DNA of 64,000 bases from Promethearchaeota archaeon. GTDB lineage: Archaea; Asgardarchaeota; Lokiarchaeia; Sigyniarchaeales; SOKP01. The stretch covers positions 416,001-480,000 of the forward strand of contig JAEOUA010000003.1 in NCBI GenBank assembly GCA_016839555.1, read 5' to 3'. Every line of letters begins with the position of its first letter. Position 1 is the first letter of the stretch. The notes under the pieces were generated by a model. That model was not told the origin of the DNA and made no database searches. It saw nothing but the letters and a program-made list of their open reading frames with translations. Position numbers and translations under genes: made by a program. Of this stretch, positions 50,009 to 60,154 are shown piece by piece.

Positions 50009-52183
50009 TTAAGGATTTCTAATTGGTTCGAAAATATATATATATGGTATTCTTGAATTTATGATTAAGGAAATTAAATTAATATTAAGATGTACATATC
50101 TGATTTGAAAAATTTTTTTGAAATGAATTGTATCATTAAGCATTAAATTACATAACTTTGGATTTGCAAAATTATCAATTATTATATAATCCACGCGTTT
50201 AGTATAGCGTAAATAATTATACTTATACGTTGCTTGTTTATAGTAAATGATTTTTGTCGTATTATACACAAAATCTAAAAAATCTTGATATCCTGAGTTA
50301 TTCACTTTATATCTGAAATCATCATAATAAGGAGTTATTTGATTTAAATCAATACACCTCAATTTATATAAATATGTATGAGTTATCTTCCACGAGAAAG
50401 ATGGATCAATCATATAAGTCTGATAATCTATTGCATAAGTATTTAATAAACTTAAAGTAATATAATATGATTTATATGCTAAATCTTCAAAAGAATCACG
50501 ATAATATCTTTCTTGATAATTAGGTATTGCTCTGATTACACAATAAAATAATAATATTAAAATAATAATCGCATTAGCGAGTTTTGAAAAAGTAATATAA
50601 TTGTGTAATTCTATCCTTTTTCTTTTTAAAAAATGATTTATTTTTTTATAAAAACTTAAGACGTTTAAATCAAAACGCTTTAGATAATTATTAATAAATA
50701 ATAATTTCTTTTTTGCATAGAATTCTTTTTTATTGAGAAACTTAGTTTTCTTGAAAATTATCGAGAATAAGACTGGTACTAAAATTAATAAGCTTATATC
50801 TAAATATACAATTAATCGAAATTCACAATAGAAAGTATTTATAATATTATACCAGAATTCATAATCCATTAGATAGATGGTAAGATATAAATTTAAGATG
50901 AAAAAGAATAAGACTAAATATTTTACTCTCTTAATTTTTTTGCTCTTAAATAAATAAAAAATTCCAATTAAAATACCAATATTAAAGACAAGACCAATAG
51001 TTAATTTTTGCCAGACATATAATGTGGGTAAAAATGAAACATCATATGAATTAGAAATATTACTATAGCTATTAATTGAATCTATAATATAGGAAGAGTT
51101 TAATATAATTAAAAATAAAGATGAGATTATTATAATTTCGATTCCAAAAAGGAATATCCATCGCTTTTTTTTGATATATATAATTATTTTATTTTTTTTT
51201 TCATAATAATTATGAAATAAACTAGTTGGATCAAATATCCAATTTAATAATAATGTTAAAATTAATGGGATTGAAAGAATAAACAAAATTGATGTGATAT
51301 GGATGAATATTATAAAGATAAAAAGCAATAACTCAATAAATAATGATTTATAGTTTTCATTAAATAAAAAAATCAATAAAATTAGAAATGGAACTATAGT
51401 AAAATTGGTAGGCAAAAAATAAGTGAAAAAGGAAGGAAACATCATAGTGGCAGCGCAGACGAAAAAAATAATAATTATATTAAATTTTGAATCAAATTTA
51501 TATAAAATAATAAAAATTAATGTAAAAATCATGTAAAATTGTAATTTTGTGAGAAGGATCCCTGAAATATATAACCATCCTGAGGGGGCTATTGAATAGA
51601 ACGGTATAAGAGTAAAGATAAATATTCTTGATGCATAAATTTCATCTACAACAAAAAGATCAAATAAGATATTAGATCCATAATAATACCAACCATGTTT
51701 TATATAATCTAACGCAAAACGCGAATGATTATAAAGGTCAACAAATTCTAATTCAATAACAAAACTGTTAATATATATATCAAGGAGGACAATTCCAATA
51801 AAAAAGAAGAAAAATTTTCTAAAATAGTGCCAAGATCTTTTTGATTTTTCTTTATTTCTAAGTCCTTTATACGCTCTCCAATAAAAAAATCCTTTGAAAG
51901 ATCCCTTATTTATAAGAAGAATCACAATTAAAAATATAAAATTACATAAAAGGAATAGGGTAAAATCGAAAGGACCGATATAAATAACTATAAAAGTGAA
52001 GAGCGTATTAATTATAAGCCCTAACATTAAACTAAAAACAAAATGTTCTAATAAATTGAACCGATCAATTCTTCTTTTAAAGATTATTCTGTCAAGTTGA
52101 AGTATAGAATCCCCAATTAGTTCATATAAAAGAAGAATTAAAAGAAATATGATGATCATTAATATTTTCTCAGTCTTTACCAA
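50009..52183 (-). CDS. Large polytopic membrane protein, possible GT-C fold glycosyltransferase
   Basis: About 13 TM helices, D-x-x-x-H in the first loop, soluble C-terminal domain with VDYIII; extremely AT-rich. Confidence 0.55.
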   Translation of the reverse strand: MVKTEKILMIIIFLLILLLYELIGDSILQLDRIIFKRRIDRFNLLEHFVFSLMLGLIINTLFTFIVIYIGPFDFTLFLLCNFIFLIVILLINKGSFKGFFYWRAYKGLRNKEKSKRSWHYFRKFFFFFIGIVLLDIYINSFVIELEFVDLYNHSRFALDYIKHGWYYYGSNILFDLFVVDEIYASRIFIFTLIPFYSIAPSGWLYISGILLTKLQFYMIFTLIFIILYKFDSKFNIIIIFFVCAATMMFPSFFTYFLPTNFTIVPFLILLIFLFNENYKSLFIELLLFIFIIFIHITSILFILSIPLILTLLLNWIFDPTSLFHNYYEKKNKIIIYIKKKRWIFLFGIEIIIISSLFLIILNSSYIIDSINSYSNISNSYDVSFLPTLYVWQKLTIGLVFNIGILIGIFYLFKSKKIKRVKYLVLFFFILNLYLTIYLMDYEFWYNIINTFYCEFRLIVYLDISLLILVPVLFSIIFKKTKFLNKKEFYAKKKLLFINNYLKRFDLNVLSFYKKINHFLKRKRIELHNYITFSKLANAIIILILLFYCVIRAIPNYQERYYRDSFEDLAYKSYYITLSLLNTYAIDYQTYMIDPSFSWKITHTYLYKLRCIDLNQITPYYDDFRYKVNNSGYQDFLDFVYNTTKIIYYKQATYKYNYLRYTKRVDYIIIDNFANPKLCNLMLNDTIHFKKIFQIRYVHLNINLISLIINSRIPYIYIFEPIRNP

Positions 52184-52620
52184 CTATTTATGAAGATTTA
52201 AAACGATTGATATAATATTAGAAAATTCCTTTATTAATTTTTATAAAATATAAATTCTTGAACGTATTAATCGCACATAAATTTTCTGTTCTTCTTAAAA
52301 CAATTTCTTAGTTATTTTTATCATCATATTTTTTTTAATTATCTTGGTTTTTTATCATCAAAATAAAATACAACTTCTATATTTTGGAGATCAAAATAAT
52401 CTTATGTAGTGAACCTACTATAAAGAAAGAGTCTAAAAAAAAAATATTTAAAATTAGGATTGGAATAAAATTAGAAGAATATTTTAAAAGTATAATATAT
52501 TATTTAGAAAAATACTCACTTTTTTTAAAAAAAATAATGTAAAATTTATATTTTTTAGTAAATTTGCTATAGAAACGAATAATTATTTAAACATATTTTT
52601 ATTTAAATTCTCAGTTCTTT

Positions 52621-53223
52621 ATGTCAGTTAGTCATAACCAAAACAGCGTAATTAATATTGCGATTCATGCTCGAGGCGGACAAGGGGCAGTCACGGCTTC
52701 ACAAATAATAGTAGAGGCGGCCTTCTTAGGCGGTAATATGGTTGATGCTCACGCATATCCATCATTTGGAGCTGAAAGAAGAGGTGCCCCAATTCAAGCC
52801 TATGCTAAATTATCAACCAAAGAAAAAATTTGGGATCGCTCCTTTATCGAACATCCCACTATTCTTTTAATTTTTGATGAAAGTGTTCTTAATCAAGATA
52901 TAGCTTCTTCCTTAAAAGAAAATGGTATTCTTATTATTAATTCTGATAAAGAGCCCGATTATTTTGTAAATAAATTTAATTTGAGCGATAAAATTGAAAT
53001 AATAGTAGCTAACATTACTAAATTAGCGATAGAAAATAATTTAGTAATTGATGGAAATCCAATTATCAATACTCCTATTTTAGGTCTATTAGCTAAAGCA
53101 TTACCAGAATTAACGCTTCAGAATTTGGAGAGAATAATAAAAAAACGGATGAATAAGGAGTTAAGTGAATTGAATATAAAACTCATAAAAGAAGGCTATG
53201 AGCTTGCAAAAATATTACATTAA
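52621..53223 (+). CDS. porC: Pyruvate/2-oxoacid:ferredoxin oxidoreductase gamma subunit
   Basis: HARGGQGAVT, FGAERRGAP. Confidence 0.92.
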   Translation: MSVSHNQNSVINIAIHARGGQGAVTASQIIVEAAFLGGNMVDAHAYPSFGAERRGAPIQAYAKLSTKEKIWDRSFIEHPTILLIFDESVLNQDIASSLKENGILIINSDKEPDYFVNKFNLSDKIEIIVANITKLAIENNLVIDGNPIINTPILGLLAKALPELTLQNLERIIKKRMNKELSELNIKLIKEGYELAKILH

Positions 53224-53291
53224 ATTCAATACTTATTATTCTAAAGTAAAAAATTTAATTTTAAAGAAAATTAGTTCATAATTAGCCAATA

Positions 53292-53639
53292 TTGGTTAAT
53301 TTATCAATTTATAAGAGAAATATAGAAAGGTTATATAAAATGCCCGATTCAAAAAAGGATTATCAAAAGATTTTGGCTTCAATTCAAACACCAGTAGAAG
53401 GAGAAGCTGGAGAAACTGGGACTTGGAGTAATATTAAACCCATAATCAACATAAATAAATGTACCCCTGCTAAATCCGGAAAATATACTTGCTTTAGATG
53501 CTGGTTATTTTGTCCCGAAGGAGTTATTTCCCGAACAATACCACCTGAAATAAATCTAAAATATTGCAAAGGATGTGGTATTTGTATGGAAGAATGCCCT
53601 GTTGAAGCGATCAGAATGGAAGTGATGAATCAAAAATGA
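53292..53639 (+). CDS. porD: POR delta subunit (ferredoxin); likely start at ATG 53340
   Basis: TGTW, C-x-x-CWLFCPE, YCKGCGICMEECP. Confidence 0.92.
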   Translation: MVNLSIYKRNIERLYKMPDSKKDYQKILASIQTPVEGEAGETGTWSNIKPIININKCTPAKSGKYTCFRCWLFCPEGVISRTIPPEINLKYCKGCGICMEECPVEAIRMEVMNQK

Positions 53640-54916
53640 CTCAACCATTGCAAAAGCATAAATATAACAATAAAAAAGTAAAAATATTAACGGGAAACCA
53701 TGCCGCTGCTCATGCATTCAGACAAGCTAAAGTAGGAGTGATTTCTGCTTATCCAATAACACCACAAAGCCCTGTGGTGGAGAAGATATCTCAATTTACC
53801 GAAGAAGGAAAAATGAATGCAAAATTTGTTAAAGTCGAATCCGAACATTCTGCCCTCGCAGTGTGTTGCGCTGCTTCCGCAACAGGATCTCGCGTGGGAA
53901 CTGCAACTTCGGCCCATGGGTTAGAATTTATGTATGAGATGCTCCCATGGGCATCGGGCAATAGGTTGCCTATTGTTATTAACCTTGCCACAAGAGCTCT
54001 TGGAGGGCCATGGTCCGTTTGGACAGATCATCAAGATTTTATAACCATTCGTGATGTTGGGTGGATCCAACTGTTTTGTGAAGATAATCAAGAAATTTAT
54101 GATACAAACTTACAAGCATTCAAAATTGCGGAGGATCCAAGAGTATTTTTACCCGCAATAGTAGGATATGACGGCTATATCTTATCACATACTATGATGC
54201 CTGTTTTATTGGAGGAACAGAAAGAGATTGATGAGTTTTTGCCTCCTATTCAACATCATATTAATTTATCGGATATCTCCCAAGTGAAGGGTGTAGATCC
54301 TGTGACAACCCCTAATGTCATTAAAAGGAAGGAAGGAACTGCACCAGGTTATTATGAATATAGATATGCATTACAAAAAGCCCTTGAAAATTCTATAGAT
54401 ATTGTAAAAGAGGTTCACGATGAATTTGCTAAAAAATTTGGAAGAAGCTATGGAAATGGAATATATAAAACCTTTCTCACAGAAGATGCCGAAACAATTA
54501 TTTTTGCGATGGGCTCCGTTGCTTCTCAAGCAAGACATGCAATCAATAAATTACGAAATGAGGGATTAAAAATAGGATTAGTCAGTTTAAAACTTTTTAG
54601 ACCGTTTCCTACCGATGATTTACGAGATTATATGAAGCAATTTAAAAATGTGATAGTATTTGATAGGGATATTGGCTATGGATATGAAGGTGTTTTATGT
54701 TATGAATTAAAATCAGCTCTCTATGGGGTGGATAATCCTCCATTTATTAAAGGTTTTATTGTAGGACTTGGAGGAAGAGATGTTACTGATAAGCATCTAA
54801 TAAAAGGAGTTAAAAAAGGGCTTGAATATTCTAAAAAAAAGGAATATTTAAATAGAACTGAATTTATAGGATTAAAATTAAAACAATTAGACTTTTTACA
54901 TGATGGTGAAGAGTAA
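53636..54916 (+). CDS. porA: POR alpha subunit
   Basis: AYPITPQ, VESEHSA, GLGGRD. Confidence 0.93.
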   Translation: MTQPLQKHKYNNKKVKILTGNHAAAHAFRQAKVGVISAYPITPQSPVVEKISQFTEEGKMNAKFVKVESEHSALAVCCAASATGSRVGTATSAHGLEFMYEMLPWASGNRLPIVINLATRALGGPWSVWTDHQDFITIRDVGWIQLFCEDNQEIYDTNLQAFKIAEDPRVFLPAIVGYDGYILSHTMMPVLLEEQKEIDEFLPPIQHHINLSDISQVKGVDPVTTPNVIKRKEGTAPGYYEYRYALQKALENSIDIVKEVHDEFAKKFGRSYGNGIYKTFLTEDAETIIFAMGSVASQARHAINKLRNEGLKIGLVSLKLFRPFPTDDLRDYMKQFKNVIVFDRDIGYGYEGVLCYELKSALYGVDNPPFIKGFIVGLGGRDVTDKHLIKGVKKGLEYSKKKEYLNRTEFIGLKLKQLDFLHDGEE

Positions 54917-55811
54917 AATGGTAAACGTAATGGATCTTCCAGAAGAGGAGCTTATTTACCCCGGCACGCGTGCATGTGCTGGTTGTGCGATGGCCTTAAT
55001 TTATCGAATAGCCTTAAAAGCTCTGGGTCCTAAAACAATTTCAACCGTCCCCGCTTCTTGCCTCACAGTCCTTCATGGAATGCAAGGGTTCTGTTCAACA
55101 AAAATTTCTGTACTTCATACTCCTTTCGCAACCACTGCAGCATCCGCTTCTGGTATCGTTGCTTCCTTAGAGGAAAAAGGATTAGCTGAGGATATTTGTG
55201 TAATTGCTTTTGCTGGAGATGGAGGTACCACCGATATTGGAATTCAGAGCTTAAGCGGTGCTGTAGAGAGAGGTACTAATTTCATCTATGCATGTTATGA
55301 TAATGAGGCTTATATGAATACAGGGGTTCAGAGAAGCGGTTCCACACCATTGGGAGCAAAAACAACTACAACTCCTTTTGGAAAGATTGGGCATAAGAAA
55401 AACATGCCAAAAATATTAGAAGCTCATGATATACCTTATGTGGCAACGGCAAATGCTTCATATCCATTCGATTTATATGAAAAATTTCAAAAAGCGAGAA
55501 AAATACAAGGTCCAAAATATATCCATATTTTAGCTCCATGCCCGCCGGGATGGGGATATGATCCAAAACACACTATCAAAATTGGAAGATTAGCTAACGA
55601 AACCGGATTCTGGCCATTATATGAAGTAATAGACGGAAAATTTAAATTATCTCAGAAAAGTAAAAAGTATTTAGATCCAAATAAACGAAAACCTATAGAG
55701 GAATATCTTGAGGTACAGAATAGATTTGATAGGATAACTCCTAATGAGATTAAATTATATAAAGATTACATAGAGAAAATTTGGAACGATATTAAAAAAA
55801 GAATGAATTAA
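54900..55811 (+). CDS. porB: POR beta subunit (TPP-binding)
   Basis: ACAGC, GDGGT-x-DIG, DNEAYMNTG, PCPPGW. Confidence 0.93.
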   Translation: MMVKSKMVNVMDLPEEELIYPGTRACAGCAMALIYRIALKALGPKTISTVPASCLTVLHGMQGFCSTKISVLHTPFATTAASASGIVASLEEKGLAEDICVIAFAGDGGTTDIGIQSLSGAVERGTNFIYACYDNEAYMNTGVQRSGSTPLGAKTTTTPFGKIGHKKNMPKILEAHDIPYVATANASYPFDLYEKFQKARKIQGPKYIHILAPCPPGWGYDPKHTIKIGRLANETGFWPLYEVIDGKFKLSQKSKKYLDPNKRKPIEEYLEVQNRFDRITPNEIKLYKDYIEKIWNDIKKRMN

Positions 55812-55880
55812 TTACTATTTTTTAATTACCTCTAAATAATAATTGCTAAATTATAATTAAACTTTATTTTAATCTATTTC

Positions 55881-56702
55881 ATGTTGAAAATTTTTATATA
55901 TGATCAAATAAAAGATACTTGGATTGAAGAAACTCAAATCCTCTTATTCCACGATTTAGCTGCGATATTTGACGAGGATTCTAAACAAATATTTGTATGG
56001 CAAGGTAATAACATAAAAAAATCGAAAATAAAGAACGGTTTGGAGTGTTTAGAGGATTTACTTTCAAAAACAAGTAATTACAATTGGAAAATCATTACAA
56101 AAGAAAATAATTTTCCCGATATAATTCATCAAACAATAGATTCAATGCTTAAAGCCACTAAAGAGCGAAAGCAAGAAGAAAAACTAAAATATAATCATTT
56201 CCTTACTATTAGGCTTTCTTTTATACTTTTAATTGGAATTTTAGTATTTATCGTTCTATCTTGTATTAATTTAATAATTCCTTTATTTAGTTCAGTTATT
56301 AATAAAGCGTATCAAATTTCAGCTTCTAAGTACAATTTATGGTTGAATCTTTATCAAATTTTTACGATATTTACATTAATTTTTTTAGCATGCAATTTTA
56401 TTATTAGCATCTATGAGCAAGAAATCGAAATGTTTATTTTTTCTCTAATTGGGATTATTATTGATATTGGAATATTACTTTACTTAAGGCAAGGAATTTT
56501 TTTATTTATCCATCAACCAGGCTCTACTTATTCCCTTTATTTGATTTCAATTGATGATCTTACAACTTTTATATTATTAAACTTGTCTTCAATTTTAATT
56601 ATTTTGTGTTCTACTTTCTATAAACTTTATAAATTTGCTTTAACATATTGGAAATATATCTTAATTTCAAGTAGAAATGATATAAATCTTGGAAGCCGCT
56701 AG
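55881..56702 (+). CDS. Gelsolin-like domain fused to four transmembrane helices
   Basis: N-terminal LL-x-HD-h-h-h-h-FDE-x-x-K-x-IFVWQG fits the gelsolin core; four hydrophobic helices in the C-terminal part. Confidence 0.6.
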   Translation: MLKIFIYDQIKDTWIEETQILLFHDLAAIFDEDSKQIFVWQGNNIKKSKIKNGLECLEDLLSKTSNYNWKIITKENNFPDIIHQTIDSMLKATKERKQEEKLKYNHFLTIRLSFILLIGILVFIVLSCINLIIPLFSSVINKAYQISASKYNLWLNLYQIFTIFTLIFLACNFIISIYEQEIEMFIFSLIGIIIDIGILLYLRQGIFLFIHQPGSTYSLYLISIDDLTTFILLNLSSILIILCSTFYKLYKFALTYWKYILISSRNDINLGSR

Positions 56703-57567
56703 ACTCTTAAAAAACCTTGAAAAAGAAGATCTCAGAATTTTAATGGCAATTGAAATTGGGATGAAAAGATCTGATTATGTAGCGATAGAAAACGTGCGTT
56801 TTTATTCACGATATCCAATGGAAGAGACTTTATATCGGCTTAAAAAAGTGCATAAATACGGATTAACGATTAGAAATTCTGCCGAATATCAAATTTCTTA
56901 TAAATTAAATTCTATTGGATATGATGTATTAGCACTCCACGCTCTAGTAGAGAAAAACGTAATTAGTCAATTAGGGCCAGCAATCGGGAAAGGAAAAGAA
57001 TCTGACGTTTATAGTTGTATGGATAATGAGGAGAATATCTATGCGTTAAAGATTTATCGGATGGGACGCACTTCCTTTAAAAATATTAAAAAATATAGAA
57101 GTCTTATTGGAAATCGAAGTCATTTATCTTGGCTTTATGTTAATCGCCTTGCCGCAAAAAAAGAATATAAAGCCTTAAAAAAGATATATCAACTTGATTT
57201 AAACATTCCAAAACCAATTGGATATAACAGACATATAATTGTTATGGAATATCTACGAGGAAAAGAATTGGCATATTATAAAGATATTAATATTCCTCAA
57301 TATATTTTTAATGAGATTATTGATCAAATGAAATTGGTCTATCAAAAAGTGGGATTAATACATGGTGATTTAGGAGAATGGAATGTGATATGTGATGAAT
57401 CTGGGAATATTTTAATTATAGATTGGTTGCAATCTGTTTCTGCAGATCATCCTAATGCTAAGATGCTTTTAAAAAGAGATATTCGAAATATCTGTTCTTA
57501 TTTTCGAAAAAAATATAGAATTGAGTGTAATACTAAAAAAATTTTGAAAGAATTTTTAGAAGAATAG
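56689..57567 (+). CDS. rio2: RIO2 kinase
   Basis: N-terminal wHTH, G-x-GKESDVY, GRTSF, HGDLGEWN, IIDWLQ. Confidence 0.93.
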   Translation: MEAARLLKNLEKEDLRILMAIEIGMKRSDYVAIENVRFYSRYPMEETLYRLKKVHKYGLTIRNSAEYQISYKLNSIGYDVLALHALVEKNVISQLGPAIGKGKESDVYSCMDNEENIYALKIYRMGRTSFKNIKKYRSLIGNRSHLSWLYVNRLAAKKEYKALKKIYQLDLNIPKPIGYNRHIIVMEYLRGKELAYYKDINIPQYIFNEIIDQMKLVYQKVGLIHGDLGEWNVICDESGNILIIDWLQSVSADHPNAKMLLKRDIRNICSYFRKKYRIECNTKKILKEFLEE

Positions 57568-57575
57568 AATATTTA

Positions 57576-58190
57576 TTATTTTATTAGATGTGCCTTAATA
57601 ATAAGATCCTCAAGTGTTTTTTCTTTATCTTCAATAAGCTCTACTCCTTGAAAGTACTTTTTCATATTCTTTAGAAAATTAATCTTATCTAACTTTTTTT
57701 TAAGTATAGATATGATAAAGGAGGCATGATTTCTTGCAACTCTTATGGTTTCATTTAAACCTTTTGTGAGATCTGGTAAATTTTGATAAGAAGTAACAGA
57801 TATTGCTATATTAAAAATATTAGATCTGAAGGGAAGATTTTCCAAATCAGCCATAATTAGATGAATATTCTGAAATATTTTAGAATTTTGATTTAGTAGC
57901 TTTTCTTTAAATTTTTCAATCATTTTTAAGGAAATATCTATTCCCACAAAAGAAAAAAAAGAGTAAGAAATTGTTTCCTTTTTGTTTTTTAATACATACT
58001 CAAAAAATAACCCAGTACCACATCCCGCGTCTAAAATAATTTTATTAGCTAATATCAAATCTTTTAATATTAAAGCAAATTTCTCATATTGTATTTTTTT
58101 ATATCTTTTATCATAAATATGGGACGAAGAATCATAGCTCTCCATAATCCTCTTTTTTTTAATAGGTGGAGAATTCTTCTTATTATTCAT
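57576..58190 (-). CDS. Class I SAM-dependent methyltransferase
   Basis: ILDAGCGTG, GIDIS, ADLENLPF. Confidence 0.88.
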   Translation of the reverse strand: MNNKKNSPPIKKKRIMESYDSSSHIYDKRYKKIQYEKFALILKDLILANKIILDAGCGTGLFFEYVLKNKKETISYSFFSFVGIDISLKMIEKFKEKLLNQNSKIFQNIHLIMADLENLPFRSNIFNIAISVTSYQNLPDLTKGLNETIRVARNHASFIISILKKKLDKINFLKNMKKYFQGVELIEDKEKTLEDLIIKAHLIK

Positions 58191-58308
58191 AATTTTAACC
58201 CATAAGTTTTAATTTCAGTAATTTTTACTTTTTGTAAATAGATTAAATTAAAATTTTACATTAAATTATTTCTATTTACTAATTAAATATTGAAGGTTAA
58301 TTTAATAT

Positions 58309-58557
58309 ATGTCGAATATAAAATCTAAGAATCCCTTGACGATTCTTCAAGATGCGCAAAATTCTGAAATTCTCTTACGATTAAAGGATGGGACTGAATA
58401 TAGGGGTTTACTAAAAGAAATTGATGCTTATATGAATATGATTCTTGAGGAAGCTACAGAAATTCTTGATGGAAGCCCTGTTGCTAAATATAGCGAAATC
58501 TTTATTAGAGGTAATAATCTCTTATTCATTAAGCCTGATGCATCAGAAATTTTATAA
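58309..58557 (+). CDS. Sm/Lsm RNA-binding protein
   Basis: LKDG-x-EYRG-x-L...D-x-YMNMIL, IFIRGNN. Confidence 0.93.
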   Translation: MSNIKSKNPLTILQDAQNSEILLRLKDGTEYRGLLKEIDAYMNMILEEATEILDGSPVAKYSEIFIRGNNLLFIKPDASEIL

Positions 58558-58663
58558 TTTAATTCAATCAGAATTATTGTTATTTCGTCTTTGTTGTTCC
58601 ACTATTTAGAGATATTCAAATAATTCTTAAATCCACAGATAATTTTATTTAGATTTCTTATTT

Positions 58664-59092
58664 ATGGCACAAAATAAATACAGCATAGTAGGATATGGAA
58701 CTTTTATCACGCGCGGATACTGGAAAAATAAATCTAATGTAAAAATATGTAAAGTTACTGGTTTTAGAAGAATATTACCGAAAGGGAATTGGTTTCCTTT
58801 CGTCCTCCCAGATGAAAATTCCTCTTTTTGGGCATTGAAATTTGATGTGAATGAGGAAGAATTAAACCAATTAGATTATTATGAGGGGGTAGCTGCGGGT
58901 TTATATAAAAGAATTAAAATTGATATTCAATTGAAAAATGGAATTAAAAAAGAAGCCTTTATTTATGTTCCTACTCAAAAAACGATTCAGCAACAAAATC
59001 TTTTATTGGAGATGGATAAAATAGATAAATGGAAAGAAGAAATAAGGAAAGATTCAAATTTACTTCGAAAATTTCCTGAACTTTTATATTAA
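58664..59092 (+). CDS. Gamma-glutamylcyclotransferase (AIG2-like) family
   Basis: GYGT, LDYYEG, Y-x-R, AFIYV. Confidence 0.85.
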   Translation: MAQNKYSIVGYGTFITRGYWKNKSNVKICKVTGFRRILPKGNWFPFVLPDENSSFWALKFDVNEEELNQLDYYEGVAAGLYKRIKIDIQLKNGIKKEAFIYVPTQKTIQQQNLLLEMDKIDKWKEEIRKDSNLLRKFPELLY

Positions 59093-59119
59093 AAAGAACT
59101 GTTTTTACCTTGGAATTTT

Positions 59120-60016
59120 TCACCCAATAAGTTCTCCAGAAACAGTTTTATTTTTAATAACTGCATATGAAGCGGGATTTGGATAATAATCCCCTCTATA
59201 ATTTTCTGAAGAGAAGATAGATAAAAGCTTATGATCAAAAAACCATCGATATCCTTCGGGAAAGACCTCATGGGCGCGTATACAATATTTTAAATTATAC
59301 TTTTCCATAAATTCATTAAACACTTCGTACCCGTAATATTTGATACCTGGGCCTCTAAAATTATCCATAAACCCGGTTAATCCTTCCTTTGGGTCATTCC
59401 ACATTATTTGAAATATTGCATATTCCACGGATTCTGGAATCGTCTCATCTAATTGTTTTTTATCCAAAGTCTTAAATTCGTTTAAAATTTCAAAATTTTC
59501 TGGGATACCCCCATGAAGGCATAAGATGGAATCATTAACAACTATACAAATCGGAAGCTTATTATAAAGAGAAATTATTTCATCAAATTGGCTATATTGA
59601 TTAAATTCCATCATATAAACATCATAAAAGCCATAATATTTATTCATCTCTAATGTTTCGTGATTCCCTTTTAAGATAAAATACTTATTAGGATATAGAA
59701 TTTTAAGCGATAATACAATAATGAGGCATTCTAACTGAAATTGACCTCGGTCCACAATATCTCCTAAAAATATTACATACTTAGGATCTTTCTTTTTGAT
59801 TAAATCATATATTTTTATTAATGATTCCAAATTTCCATGAATGTCGCCGATAACAAAGATTTCTTCGTCCTTATCTGCATTTAACTCTATCAAAAGTTTT
59901 TCCTCTTCGAAGATCTCTTGAGCTTGTGTAATTATATCAGATACCTCACTGAAATCTAAATTCGAAATTTTCTTAGGTTTATTTATTAAAGATTTTAAAA
60001 TGGAATCATTAATCAT
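59120..60016 (-). CDS. PPP family Ser/Thr protein phosphatase (PP1/PP2A/PP5-like)
   Basis: GDIHG, GDIVDRG, KGNHE, HGG, WNDP, RGPG, IRAHE, SIFSSENY. Confidence 0.93.
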   Translation of the reverse strand: MINDSILKSLINKPKKISNLDFSEVSDIITQAQEIFEEEKLLIELNADKDEEIFVIGDIHGNLESLIKIYDLIKKKDPKYVIFLGDIVDRGQFQLECLIIVLSLKILYPNKYFILKGNHETLEMNKYYGFYDVYMMEFNQYSQFDEIISLYNKLPICIVVNDSILCLHGGIPENFEILNEFKTLDKKQLDETIPESVEYAIFQIMWNDPKEGLTGFMDNFRGPGIKYYGYEVFNEFMEKYNLKYCIRAHEVFPEGYRWFFDHKLLSIFSSENYRGDYYPNPASYAVIKNKTVSGELIG

Positions 60017-60154
60017 ATTCTATTCTTTTTAATTTTTATATACACATATTAATTTATTTAATAGTGATTTATTTTTCTTATCTATTTCAGATTAGAAATA
60101 AAGCATTATATTAAAGTAAATTTACAATAAGAATTATAATTTTAGGAGATCAAA

